From Syntrophales bacterium (lineage in GTDB: Bacteria; Desulfobacterota; Syntrophia; Syntrophales; UBA6807): a stretch of 64,000 bases of DNA. The stretch is taken from positions 15,504 through 79,503 of the forward strand of contig JAXGPA010000004.1 in NCBI GenBank assembly GCA_040767195.1, written 5' to 3'. Made by a program: the position numbers and the translations under genes. Positions 19,726 through 28,999 of the stretch are shown piece after piece. The notes under the pieces are model-generated. The model was not told the DNA's origin and did not search any database. It saw nothing but the letters and a program-made list of their open reading frames with translations. Each line of letters begins with the position of its first letter. Within the stretch, counting starts at the first letter, position 1.

Positions 19726-20601
19726 ATGAAAGGAATCATCCTCGCCGGGGGCGCGGGAACCCGGCTCTTCCCCATCACGAGAGTCGTCAGCAAGCAGCTT
19801 CTTCCCGTTTACGACAAGCCCATGATCTATTACCCCCTGTCCGTCCTCATGCTTTCGGGCATCCGGGAGATTCTCGTGATCAGCACGCCCCAGGATCTTC
19901 CCCGGTTCCGGGAGCTTCTCGGCGACGGGTCCCAGTGGGGGCTCCGGTTCGAATACGCCGAACAGCCCCGCCCGGAGGGTCTCGCCCAGGCCTTCATCAT
20001 CGGTAAAGATTTCGTCGGCCCGGACCCTTCCTGCCTTATCCTGGGGGACAACATCTTTTTCGGCCACGGGATCACGGAAAAGCTTCGAAGGGCCGCGGCC
20101 CTGGAAAAAGGGGCCACCGTGTTCGGGTACTGGGTCAAGGATCCGGAAAGATACGGCGTGGTAAGTTTCGACGATCAGGGCCGGGCCCTGGAAATCGTTG
20201 AAAAACCAAAAAAGCCCGCGTCCAACTGGGCGGTGACGGGACTTTATTTCTACGACAACGCGGTCGTGGAGATCGCGTCGAGCCTGAAACCCTCGGCCCG
20301 GGGGGAACTGGAAATCACCGACGTGAACCGGGCCTACCTGGAAAGGGGGGACCTGCAGGTGGAAAAGCTCGGCCGGGGTATCGCCTGGCTTGACACGGGG
20401 ACCCACGAAACCCTGATGGAGGCGGCCAGTTTCATCGAGGCCATCGAGCGGCGACAGGGCCTCAAGGTCGCCTGCGTCGAGGAAATCGCCTACCGGATGA
20501 AATTCATCACCGCCGAGGAACTGGAAAAACTGGCCCGTCCTTTCGGAAACAACGGGTACGGCCGGTATCTTCTCAGCGTTCTCGAGGGCGACCTCCCGTA
20601 G
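19726..20601 (+). CDS. rfbA: Glucose-1-phosphate thymidylyltransferase
   Basis: [38 protein letters not shown]. Confidence 0.93.
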   Translation: MKGIILAGGAGTRLFPITRVVSKQLLPVYDKPMIYYPLSVLMLSGIREILVISTPQDLPRFRELLGDGSQWGLRFEYAEQPRPEGLAQAFIIGKDFVGPDPSCLILGDNIFFGHGITEKLRRAAALEKGATVFGYWVKDPERYGVVSFDDQGRALEIVEKPKKPASNWAVTGLYFYDNAVVEIASSLKPSARGELEITDVNRAYLERGDLQVEKLGRGIAWLDTGTHETLMEAASFIEAIERRQGLKVACVEEIAYRMKFITAEELEKLARPFGNNGYGRYLLSVLEGDLP

Positions 20602-20818
20602 GAAAAACAGGTGCTTCCGGGGATTCTCGATCTTTGTTCCCCGGGCCGGTCCGCATCCCCGGTGATGTTGAAGCCTCTTTGGGCGCAGCCCTGACGGCTG
20701 GCAAGGGTTCCTGTATGCCGGGGAAAGTAAGGATTTATTGTAAAAAGGAAAACACAAAGTTTCAGATTTTTTTCTCGGAATTGTCAGGTTGAGTGGTCAT
20801 TGATGGTCTTACGCATTG

Positions 20819-20859
20819 TAAAAAGAAAAAGGCCAGGACCGCTGGTCAGGTCCTGACCT
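20819..20859 (-). terminator. Rho-independent terminator downstream of the IPTL-CTERM gene
   Basis: Minus strand has AGGTCAGGACC ... GGTCCTGGCCT with one G-U pair, followed by TTTTTCTTTTT. Confidence 0.6.
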
Positions 20860-20885
20860 TTCCGGGTTACAGCTTACCACAATTC

Positions 20886-21635
20886 TTATGCACTCATGTT
20901 TCTCCTTCTCAGGACCACGAGCGCTGTCACAACCGTCAGCAAGGCAAAAATGATCATGCCCCATTCGGACAGGGTGGGAATCGATGCCGACGAGGAAGTT
21001 TCTATGCTCACGGCATCGACGCCCCCTTGAAAAGATCCTTGGTTATTACATTGCGCAATACGTATACGGATCTCCTGGCCTGCGTATGGGGTCAAGTTTG
21101 CCGACATATTTTCATAGGGATAGCTTAGTGGATCTCCTTCTTCGGTAATGAACAAGTTTATAAGAATATCCTCTAGTTCTTGTGATTGTAAAGAAGCCGA
21201 CGGTTTCATAATATCAACTCGCATAAACTGGCTGGCTACAGATCCGCGATAAAGACCATGATTGATGTAGAGAGGGCCTCTGTTTTCTGCATAGACAATT
21301 GCTGAGAAATTTATCAGAGCGGCTTCAGGCAGAAGAACATCCTGAAAAATAATGTGGGTTCCATCCAGAGGGCCCGGATTACTTGGATCATAGCTTTGAT
21401 CAGTCAGGGCAGCGTAAGTACCCTCTGGTGGTGCCGGGACAATACTTGCCGAACTCGGACTTGTCGTACCGCTGTATACGTAAAAATCGCCGCCGCTGCC
21501 GGGTTCATTCCAAACAGTCCATCCCGTAAAATCACCTGTTTCAAATCCACCATTTGTCACCAGTTCCGCACCCATAATCACCGTTGGAAAGGTCATAACT
21601 GTCAGAACAACGATTAAACAAGAAAGTTTTTTCAT
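20886..21635 (-). CDS. Secreted protein with an IPTL-CTERM / PEP-CTERM-like C-terminal sorting signal
   Basis: N-terminal signal peptide. LVTNGGFETGDFTGWT is a carbohydrate-binding-like motif. The C-terminus IPTLSEWGMIIFALLTVVTALVVLRRR has motif, TM helix and basic cluster. The 21641 start is GTG; I use ATG 21635. Confidence 0.75.
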   Translation of the reverse strand: MKKLSCLIVVLTVMTFPTVIMGAELVTNGGFETGDFTGWTVWNEPGSGGDFYVYSGTTSPSSASIVPAPPEGTYAALTDQSYDPSNPGPLDGTHIIFQDVLLPEAALINFSAIVYAENRGPLYINHGLYRGSVASQFMRVDIMKPSASLQSQELEDILINLFITEEGDPLSYPYENMSANLTPYAGQEIRIRIAQCNNQGSFQGGVDAVSIETSSSASIPTLSEWGMIIFALLTVVTALVVLRRRNMSA

Positions 21636-21729
21636 AGACACCCCCGTATGCTGATTTTATTGCAAGTTTCGGCGTGATGACGGAAGAAAATCAAATGATG
21701 GAACCGGCTTTTCACCTATACTGTTTCAA

Positions 21730-21745
21730 ATAATAAGCTTATTAT
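21730..21745. promoter_or_regulatory. Perfect 16-bp palindrome ATAATAAGCTTATTAT in an AT-rich upstream region (candidate operator)
   Basis: Read directly. It lies about 95 nt upstream of the IPTL-CTERM gene start. The half-site AGCTTATTAT recurs at 18611-18620. Confidence 0.3.
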
Positions 21746-22154
21746 CGATCACGTAAGATATTTTAATATAATCCTTATTCATCCCTTTTAAATTGGTTTC
21801 GCAAACATCAGAAAGTATTTAAAAATGTATTAATTGAAATATAATTTGTCTTGTTTAGAGGGTGAACCGGTCGTGACATCTCACGTTTTTCTTAATGTTT
21901 AAACGACAAAAAATCAAGATGACATTTCACAGTGGTTCAAGAAAATATTTGCAATTACGCCATAAGACCGCATTGGAAATTAGTTGCAGGCCCCTTGCAA
22001 CCGACCTTCATGAACAGGTTTTGAAAAGATTAAGCTACAGATATTATGAAATATATAATAAACTCAGCCTAAGTGCTCAGGCAGTTTTTATTCTAATTCT
22101 AAAATTGTTTATGCCACTGGCGCCAAGGGGCGATAAATATATTTAAATAAGGCA

Positions 22155-23330
22155 TCAGATGCAGCCTCTTTGGCCGCGGGACCTCTCCAGCTCGGAGATG
22201 CCCCGGAGTTTCGCCGTCACCTCCCGGAGCGCCGCGACGACGGCATCCATTTCCGCCACCGTGTTTTCCCGGCCCAGGCTGAAGCGGATGCTCCCGGCAG
22301 CCCATTCCCGGGGAACCCCCAGGGCCTCCATGACGTGGGAGATCACCACCGTCCCGGCGGTGCAGGCCGACCCGGCGGAGAGGGCGATTCCCCTCCTGTC
22401 CATTTCCACAAGGATTTTTTCCGCTTCGATGCCCCGGAAAGAGACGTTCAGGATGTGGGGCAGGCTTTCCCCGTCGCTCCCGTTCCGCCGGCACCCGTCG
22501 ATTTCCTCGTCGATCTGCGAGGCCAGGTAATACCTGAGCTCGCCCAGGTGCTCCCCCTGGGAAGAAAGCTCCCTCCGGGCGATCTCGCACGCCTTTCCCA
22601 GGCCGGCGATCCCCGGGACGTTTTCCGTTCCCGGGCGGAACCCCCTTTCCTGCTTCCCGCCGTGGAAAAGGGGAACGACGGCAGTCCCCCGGCGGATGTA
22701 AAGGGCCCCCACGCCCTTGGGGCCGTAAATCTTGTGACCGGACAGGGTGAGGAGATCCACCGGGAGCCTGCCCGCGTCCACCGGGACCTTCCCCACCGCC
22801 TGCACGGCATCGGTGTGGAAAAGGATGCCCCGGTCCCGGAGCAGGGGCCCGATTTCGTCGACAGGCTGAAGGGTACCTATCTCATTGTTCCCGAACATGA
22901 CGCTGACGAGGACGGTCCGGTCCGTCAGGGCGGCCTTGAGGGTTTCCGGGTCCAGGCGTCCAAAAGCGTCCACGGGCAGGACGGTGACCGAAAACCCCCG
23001 TCCTTCCAGGCCCCGGCAGGCGTCGAGGACGGCGTGGTGCTCCACTGCCGTGGTGATGACGTGATCCCCCGGGTTTCCGTGGGCCAGGGCGGCCCCCAGG
23101 ACGGCCAGGTTGTCCCCTTCGGTACCCCCGCTCGTGAAAACGATCTCGTCCGGTTCCGCCCCGATGAGCGCCGCTGTTTGCCGCCGGGCCTCTTCGACAG
23201 TCGCCTTCCCTTCCCTCCCGAAACCGTGGAGACTCGAAGGGTTCCCGAAATGCCCGCGGAAAAAAGGCATCATCGCCTCGAGCACCTCGGGATGAACGGG
23301 GGTCGTCGCCCCGTGGTCGAGATAGATCAT
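22155..23330 (-). CDS. nifS: Cysteine desulfurase (NifS/IscS class)
   Basis: MIYLDHGATTP; PLP lysine in SGHKIYGPKG; active-site Cys in SAGSACTAG. Confidence 0.9.
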   Translation of the reverse strand: MIYLDHGATTPVHPEVLEAMMPFFRGHFGNPSSLHGFGREGKATVEEARRQTAALIGAEPDEIVFTSGGTEGDNLAVLGAALAHGNPGDHVITTAVEHHAVLDACRGLEGRGFSVTVLPVDAFGRLDPETLKAALTDRTVLVSVMFGNNEIGTLQPVDEIGPLLRDRGILFHTDAVQAVGKVPVDAGRLPVDLLTLSGHKIYGPKGVGALYIRRGTAVVPLFHGGKQERGFRPGTENVPGIAGLGKACEIARRELSSQGEHLGELRYYLASQIDEEIDGCRRNGSDGESLPHILNVSFRGIEAEKILVEMDRRGIALSAGSACTAGTVVISHVMEALGVPREWAAGSIRFSLGRENTVAEMDAVVAALREVTAKLRGISELERSRGQRGCI

Positions 23331-23339
23331 GAGACGGTC

Positions 23340-24143
23340 CTATTCCCCCTTGAAAGAGGGTTTCCTTTTCTCCGCGAAGGCCCGGACCGCTTCCCCCAGG
23401 TCTTTCGAATTGAGAAGGACCATGTTCCGGCTCATGGCCAGGTTCATCCCGTCCCCGACAGGGACGTGGCGGCTGAAATTCAGGACTTCCTTGGTGGCCC
23501 TGACGGCCAGGGGGGCGTTCTCGGCGATCTGCCGGGCAAGGTCCAGGGCCCCCGCCTCCAGGGACGCCCGGTCGGCGAAAACGGCGTTGACAAGCCCCAT
23601 CCGCTCCGCTTCCCGGGCCGTGTAGAAACGGGCCGTGAAGGCCATTTCCCGGGCGAAACCCTGTCCGATGACAAGGGGCAGCCGCTGTAGAACACCCATG
23701 TCCGCCACGAGGCCGATGGCCGTTTCCCGAAGGGAAAAAGAGGCGTCGGCGCTGCACAGGCGGATGTCGCAGGCCGAGATGATGTCGAGGCCGCCGCCGA
23801 TGCACAGGCCGTTCACCGCTGCGATCACCGGCTTCGGGCAGGACTCGAGAAGATCGCAGCAGTCGAAGAGGACCCGGAGTTTTTCGGGGAAGTCCAGGCC
23901 GGCGCGGGCCGAGCCGTCCAGGCCGAGGGAAGCGAGGCTCTTGAGATCGAGGCCGGCGCAGAAGGCCTTGGCGTCGCTTCGAAGGAGGATCACCCGGACA
24001 TCCTCCCGGGCCGACAGTTCCCGGACGGCGCCGGCGATCTCGCCTGCCAGGGTGAGGTTCAGGGCGTTCAGGCTGTCCACCCGGGACAGGGAAAGGACGG
24101 CAACCGCCCCATCAACCCGGAGATTCACGTTTTCGTAATTCAT
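23340..24143 (-). CDS. Enoyl-CoA hydratase/isomerase family protein, resembling the dienoyl-CoA isomerase (ECH1) subgroup
   Basis: Crotonase fold motifs. ETAIGLVADMGVLQRLP resembles the ECH1 signature. Start at ATG 24143 with a GGGAG SD. Confidence 0.88.
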   Translation of the reverse strand: MNYENVNLRVDGAVAVLSLSRVDSLNALNLTLAGEIAGAVRELSAREDVRVILLRSDAKAFCAGLDLKSLASLGLDGSARAGLDFPEKLRVLFDCCDLLESCPKPVIAAVNGLCIGGGLDIISACDIRLCSADASFSLRETAIGLVADMGVLQRLPLVIGQGFAREMAFTARFYTAREAERMGLVNAVFADRASLEAGALDLARQIAENAPLAVRATKEVLNFSRHVPVGDGMNLAMSRNMVLLNSKDLGEAVRAFAEKRKPSFKGE

Positions 24144-24272
24144 TGCTTTGTCGCTCCCTTTTTGATCGTCTTCACGCCCTCTCGGCATGGTCGTGATTTT
24201 GAACACCCCCGTTCCGCGTTTTCGCGCCCCGGGGGCGGTGAGCCCAAAAACCCCGCCCGGCAGGGCCTTTTC

Positions 24273-25538
24273 CTACCATCCCCGGGTCCACATGTCGTCG
24301 TCCTCGTAAACCATTTCATCCAGGGCATGGGATTCCTGGGCGTCGTCCTCGATCATCCGCCCCGGCGCCGGGTCTTTCAGGACCTCATCGTAATACGCGT
24401 GCTGGATGAGAAGGCTCATGATCTCGTTGGTCCCGGTCCAGATCTGGATGAGGCGGGCGTCCCGGACCATCTTCTCGATGGGGAAAACGTTCGTGTAGCC
24501 GATGCCGCCGACGATGCGCATGGCCCGGTTGCACACGTCCCAGGCCACGTCCGTGGCGAATTTTTTCGCCTCGCTGACGAGCCTTCGGGCTGAGGGAAGA
24601 CCGGCGTCCACGGCCTTCCCGGCGGCGATGGTGAGGGCCCTGGCGGCGTCGAGCCGGGTGACCGCCTCGGCGACCTGGAAGCTCACCCCCTGGAAGCGGC
24701 GGATCTTCTGGCCAAAAGCCTTCCGCCGGTCGCTGTACCGGACGGCCACCTCCAGGGGCGCCCGGGCGATGCCCAGGGAGGCGCCGGCGGAGGTCATTCT
24801 CTCGGGAACCATCATGGTGTCGAAAATGCGGGCGCCCTCGTTGAGTCCCCCGATGAGGTTCCCCTCGGGCACCTTGACGTCCCGGAAAAGGAGCCGTCCC
24901 GTCCCGCCTCCCCGGGTCCCGAGGAGGCCGTAGTGGTACCGGACTTCCACGCCGGGCCGGTCCGCCTCGACGAGAAGAAGGCTGATCCTCTCCCGGGGGT
25001 GCCCCTCCGGGTTGGTGTTGCAGTAAACGATGAAAAAATCCGCCCCGTCGGCGGCGACGACGAAACGCTTCTGGCCCCGGACGGTGAAGCAGCCGTCCTT
25101 GAGGACGGCCCGGGTGGTGGCGCCGAAAAAGTCGGACCCGCCCCTCGGCTCGGTGAGCGCCTCGGCGGAGACCAGGTCCCCCTTGAGCATGGGTTTCAGG
25201 AATTTTTCCTTCTGATCTTCCGTGCCGAAGACATGGAGGGCCTCGCCGACGATGGACGGCATGGCGAAAGCGCACCCCAGGGCGGTGCCCAGCACCCCGA
25301 TTTCCTCCAGGGCTGCCACCTCCGCCGTCCAGCCCAGTCCCCGGCCCCCGTATTCCCGGGGAAAGCGCAAACCGAGGAGGTTCCGCTCCCCCAGGGCCTT
25401 GACGAATTCCCGGGGGTACCGGATTTCGTCACGGTCCATTTTTTTGACCAGGTCCGCCGGCACGCTGTTCTTGACGAATTGCCGGACTTCGTCCCGAAGG
25501 GCGATTTCCTCTTCCGTGAGCAGGATGTCCTGCAGCAT
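24273..25538 (-). CDS. Acyl-CoA dehydrogenase with a ~40-aa acidic C-terminal extension
   Basis: ACAD N, middle and C domains are recognisable (AEALTEPRGGSDF ... IWTGTNEI). Start at ATG 25538. Confidence 0.9.
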   Translation of the reverse strand: MLQDILLTEEEIALRDEVRQFVKNSVPADLVKKMDRDEIRYPREFVKALGERNLLGLRFPREYGGRGLGWTAEVAALEEIGVLGTALGCAFAMPSIVGEALHVFGTEDQKEKFLKPMLKGDLVSAEALTEPRGGSDFFGATTRAVLKDGCFTVRGQKRFVVAADGADFFIVYCNTNPEGHPRERISLLLVEADRPGVEVRYHYGLLGTRGGGTGRLLFRDVKVPEGNLIGGLNEGARIFDTMMVPERMTSAGASLGIARAPLEVAVRYSDRRKAFGQKIRRFQGVSFQVAEAVTRLDAARALTIAAGKAVDAGLPSARRLVSEAKKFATDVAWDVCNRAMRIVGGIGYTNVFPIEKMVRDARLIQIWTGTNEIMSLLIQHAYYDEVLKDPAPGRMIEDDAQESHALDEMVYEDDDMWTRGW

Positions 25539-25610
25539 TTTTCCCTCCCCTGCCCCGTTTCCTCGGCCCCTTTTCACCGGGCCCGGGCGGCGGGGCGCCC
25601 GCCGCTGTCC

Positions 25611-25639
25611 TTTTATGCCCCCGGCCGGAAGGATGTCAA
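25611..25639 (-). promoter_or_regulatory. Candidate internal promoter ahead of ACAD-crotonase-nifS
   Basis: Minus strand reads TTGACA (25639-25634), a 17-nt spacer, then ATAAAA (25616-25611), inside the 151-nt gap. Confidence 0.3.
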
Positions 25640-25689
25640 CGCATTTTTTCGACGCGTCCCCGGACCGTTCGCCCTCACCGGGCGCCGCG

Positions 25690-26643
25690 TCACCGCGCCA
25701 CGAAGAACCGGCCGTCCTCTTCCCTCACCCGGCCCCGGGCCTCCAGCCTGCGCAGGTGTTTCTGGGTCATGAGACGGTTCCACATGGACACCCAGGCGTC
25801 CCCGTGAAACTTCCGGGGATAGATGATCCCGAGACAGGCCAGCTCGTCCAGGGTCATGGGGGTTTTCAGGGATTCGAGAAGGGCCCGGTCCCGGTCGTCG
25901 ATTTTCGAGAGAAAGACCTTCATTCCGTCGCGAAAGGATTCTCCGTCCACGAGGCCCTTCTCGTGACCGGTGATGTACTGTCTCGCGCCCAGGGCCACGG
26001 CTTCCTTGCAGGATCGCACCATGGCGTCGATGTCCCCGTCCGTGCCGCCGTACCAGGGGCCGAAAGGGGTGAGGTCCATGTCGGACACGTAGGCGATGCC
26101 CTCGCCGGGGAAAAAGAGGCAGCAGAAACCTTCCGAGTGGCCCGGCGCGGCCAGAACGCGGGCCTTCGTCTTCCCGAAATCCAGGACGTCTCCCCAGGCA
26201 TAGGTGCCGTCGATGCGCGCCGTGGAAAGCCACCACTTGTGGTCGTTCTGGGGGGACCAGGGGCTTTGCGGCGTCCGGGGATCGGCGATCCGCTCGAGCC
26301 AGCCTTCCACCCAGGACTCACCGTAAACTTCGGCCATCCCGAGAAACCTCCCGATGGCCCGGCGGTCCCGGAACGCTTCGGACTCCCGGCTGTTCAGGAG
26401 GATGCGGGATTTTTCGAAGAGGAAATTCCAGGCGATGTGGTCGAAGTGATAGTGGGTGTTGATGACCCAGTCGACGGGAACCCGCCGCTTCAGGTCCGAC
26501 AGGGGCCCCTCCCCGGCGCCGGTGTCCACCACCGCCTTCACGTCGTCGTCGATGAAGAGGCTGTGACTGAAGGGAAACCTTCCGCCGTTCCCCCCGGGGA
26601 TCACCTTTATTTTCGGGGAAATCGTCGGAATCCAGTCGCCCAT
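25690..26643 (-). CDS. MBL-fold metallo-hydrolase
   Basis: HxHxDH motif in INTHYHFDHIAWN. The C-terminal ~60 aa look winged-helix-like. Confidence 0.8.
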   Translation of the reverse strand: MGDWIPTISPKIKVIPGGNGGRFPFSHSLFIDDDVKAVVDTGAGEGPLSDLKRRVPVDWVINTHYHFDHIAWNFLFEKSRILLNSRESEAFRDRRAIGRFLGMAEVYGESWVEGWLERIADPRTPQSPWSPQNDHKWWLSTARIDGTYAWGDVLDFGKTKARVLAAPGHSEGFCCLFFPGEGIAYVSDMDLTPFGPWYGGTDGDIDAMVRSCKEAVALGARQYITGHEKGLVDGESFRDGMKVFLSKIDDRDRALLESLKTPMTLDELACLGIIYPRKFHGDAWVSMWNRLMTQKHLRRLEARGRVREEDGRFFVAR

Positions 26644-26658
26644 GGCACAGTCTTCCCG

Positions 26659-28053
26659 TCAGATTTTCAGAAGGTAGTGAACGATCCCCTCCAGGTGCCC
26701 CAGGGTGTTGCACTCCTTGACGAGGCTGCACGAGGAAAGGTACGCCTTCATGGCCGAATCCCCGGTACCCCAGAAGGGTCTCGTTTCGGGGTTGAGCCAG
26801 ATGAGGCGCTTCGCCCGGTCATGAATTTCCCTGAGAATGCCCGGTTCGGGGTCGTAAAAGTTGCTTCTCCCGTCGCCGAGGATGATCACCGTCGTCTTCC
26901 GCGTCACGGCGCCGAGTCCGCAGGCCTTGAAATCACGGAAGGCCTGGCCGTAGTCGGTGCGGCTGAGGCGGATGTCCAGGTCCTGCCCGGACTGGATCCT
27001 GTCGACGGCCTCCTCGGGGGAACAGCGGTCGAAGACATGGCTGGCCTCCACCAGGTTGCTGCAGAAGACGAAGGTGCGGATCCTCACCAGTTCCTCGTTG
27101 AGGCTGTAGAGGAAAAGGAGAAAGAAGCGAACCACGGTCCTCACGGACTGGCTGATGTCGCAAAGGACCATCATGTCCGCCCTGTCCTTTTTTTTCCGCT
27201 TCCACGACACGTGGAAAGGGATACCGCCATAGGGAATGGACCGCCGCTGGGTTTTCCTGAAATCCAGGCGTCCCCGGCTCCACCCCCGGCGCCTTCTCCA
27301 GTAGATGTCGTTGAGACGCCGGACGATCCGGCGGACCACGGCCTTCAGCGTTTCGATCTCCCGCTCGTCAAGCCGGGTGAGCCCCACGGACCGGTACCGG
27401 TTCAGGTCCTCCGCCGGGGTCGTGCCCGCGAATTGAAGAAGGGTTTTCACATAGTCCCGGGTGAAGGCGACGAGCTGCTCCCGGGACTCTTTCAGCCCTG
27501 TCGCCACGGACCCCGACAAGGGGGACCCGGCCATGGAAAGCATGTTGATGTCGCCGTCCAGTCCTTCCATCCCCAGGCCACTCAGGATCCGACGGACCAC
27601 GACGGCCTGGTTTACGGGATAACGGGCCCCGTCCAGGGACAGGGAGCGCGCCGTTTCCTGGAGCCGCCGGGCGAGAAGGCCTCCATCCCCTTCCAGGAGC
27701 ATTCGTGAAAGGGGCGAGAGTCCTTCGACGCCCCTTCCGGGGGTGCCCGTCTTCACGGCGCCCGCCGGCGGGAAAACGGTGAGTCGGGAGAAATACCTGT
27801 CAAAACACACCTGGAAAACCGCCTCTTCGTCGGGGGATTTGGCCAGTGCGGCGGCGAGGGCGTACTTCAGGGTGTCCCGGTCGTCATACCCGGCAAAGGA
27901 GACCGCTTCCAGGGCATCCAGGGTTTCGGACAGGGAGATCCGGACGCCGCTTTTCCGGAGGAGGGAGATGAACCCCAGGAGCGTGTCCTCCGGTCCTCTC
28001 CCGGGCCCCTCAGGGAGGCCGGTGAAGCCGGCGGTCGGCGACTCACGATTCAT
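26659..28053 (-). CDS. VWA domain protein, CoxE-like
   Basis: The C-terminal VWA has a MIDAS-type DISQS motif (MMVLCDISQSV) and ILGDGRSN. It sits 7 nt downstream of the MoxR ATPase. Confidence 0.85.
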   Translation of the reverse strand: MNRESPTAGFTGLPEGPGRGPEDTLLGFISLLRKSGVRISLSETLDALEAVSFAGYDDRDTLKYALAAALAKSPDEEAVFQVCFDRYFSRLTVFPPAGAVKTGTPGRGVEGLSPLSRMLLEGDGGLLARRLQETARSLSLDGARYPVNQAVVVRRILSGLGMEGLDGDINMLSMAGSPLSGSVATGLKESREQLVAFTRDYVKTLLQFAGTTPAEDLNRYRSVGLTRLDEREIETLKAVVRRIVRRLNDIYWRRRRGWSRGRLDFRKTQRRSIPYGGIPFHVSWKRKKKDRADMMVLCDISQSVRTVVRFFLLFLYSLNEELVRIRTFVFCSNLVEASHVFDRCSPEEAVDRIQSGQDLDIRLSRTDYGQAFRDFKACGLGAVTRKTTVIILGDGRSNFYDPEPGILREIHDRAKRLIWLNPETRPFWGTGDSAMKAYLSSCSLVKECNTLGHLEGIVHYLLKI

Positions 28054-28060
28054 GTCCCTT

Positions 28061-28999
28061 TCAGCCTCCCCGGACGCTTTTTCGCATGAGATCGGGAAGA
28101 CTGTCCCGAAGGAGTTCCCCGTCCGACTCGAACTTTATGAAGACATTCATCGTTTCGTTGATGAGCTCGCTGGACAGGCACTCGGCGTGAAGAAAAAGCA
28201 GGGTCCTGGCCCAGTCGATGGCCTCGCTGATGGAGGGAACTTTTTTCAGCTGCAGCTTTCGCACTTCCTGGATGAAGGACACGAGCTGCCGTTTCAGAAG
28301 ATCGGAGACACCGGGCGCCCGGACGGCGATGATTTTCGATTCCAGGGCGGCGTCGGGAAAGGGAATGTACAGGTGGAGGCACCGCCTCTTCAGGGCGTCC
28401 CCCAGTTCGCGGGTGTCGTTACTCGTCAGGAAAACGATGGGGTGGGACGTGGCCCGGACCGTCCCGATCTCCGGGATGGACACCTGGAAATCGGAGAGGA
28501 TCTCCAGGAGAAACGCCTCGAATTCCTCGTCGGACTTGTCGATCTCGTCGATGAGAAGCACCGTTCCCCCGCTTCTCTGCAGGGCCTGGAGAAGCGGCCT
28601 CGGCTCCAGGAATTCGGGGGAGAAGAACAGGTCGTCGTACCGGTGCAGCGTCCGGACGGCATCGGTGAGGCTCGTCTCGCTGTTCACGATGTCGTTCAGC
28701 CTGTCCTTCAGGATCTGGGTGTAAAGAAGCTGCTTCCCGTATTTCCACTCGTAGAGGGCCTTCGATTCGTCCAGCCCTTCGTAGCACTGGAGCCGGATGA
28801 AGGGGAGGCGGAAAATCTCCGCCGTCTTCTTGGCCAGCTCGGTCTTGCCGACACCGGCGGGACCTTCCACGAGAACGGGCTTTCCCAGGTGGAGGGCGAT
28901 GAGCAGGGTCGTCGCGATCTTTCGGCTGCAGATGTACTGGACCCCTTCCAGGGCTTTCAGAAGGGTTTCCGGGGAATCAAAAAAAGCGGAACCGGTCAT
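28061..28999 (-). CDS. MoxR-family AAA+ ATPase (CoxD-like)
   Basis: Walker A GPAGVGKT and Walker B LLIDEIDK. Start at ATG 28999 with a GGAGGAGG SD. Confidence 0.9.
   Translation of the reverse strand: MTGSAFFDSPETLLKALEGVQYICSRKIATTLLIALHLGKPVLVEGPAGVGKTELAKKTAEIFRLPFIRLQCYEGLDESKALYEWKYGKQLLYTQILKDRLNDIVNSETSLTDAVRTLHRYDDLFFSPEFLEPRPLLQALQRSGGTVLLIDEIDKSDEEFEAFLLEILSDFQVSIPEIGTVRATSHPIVFLTSNDTRELGDALKRRCLHLYIPFPDAALESKIIAVRAPGVSDLLKRQLVSFIQEVRKLQLKKVPSISEAIDWARTLLFLHAECLSSELINETMNVFIKFESDGELLRDSLPDLMRKSVRGG

Noticed and set aside
21895-22146. An 83-aa ORF in the AT-rich non-coding stretch.
   Set aside because: It has no SD and no recognisable features. ORFs of this length arise easily in AT-rich DNA only when stops happen to be absent. 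It could be rechecked with expression data.
12657-22154. Calling the whole 12.6-22.2 kb segment a genomic island, on the basis of the AT-rich edges and surface-related cargo.
   Set aside because: No integrase, tRNA attachment site or direct repeats are visible at the edges. The internal nucleotide-sugar genes have host-like GC. Only the two small edge units look compositionally foreign.
25222-27708. Very long alternate-frame or antisense ORFs. Examples are 25222..27708 (+, 828 aa), 3209..5383 (+), 7886..9520 (-), 10851..12626 (-), 33150..35420 (-), 50677..53265 (+) and 59018..61291 (-).
   Set aside because: Each lies opposite or out of frame to a gene with unmistakable conserved motifs. Their translations are low-complexity G/R/P/D/E/V-rich strings, as expected from stop-codon depletion in high-GC DNA. 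None has an SD or start context or any recognisable domain.
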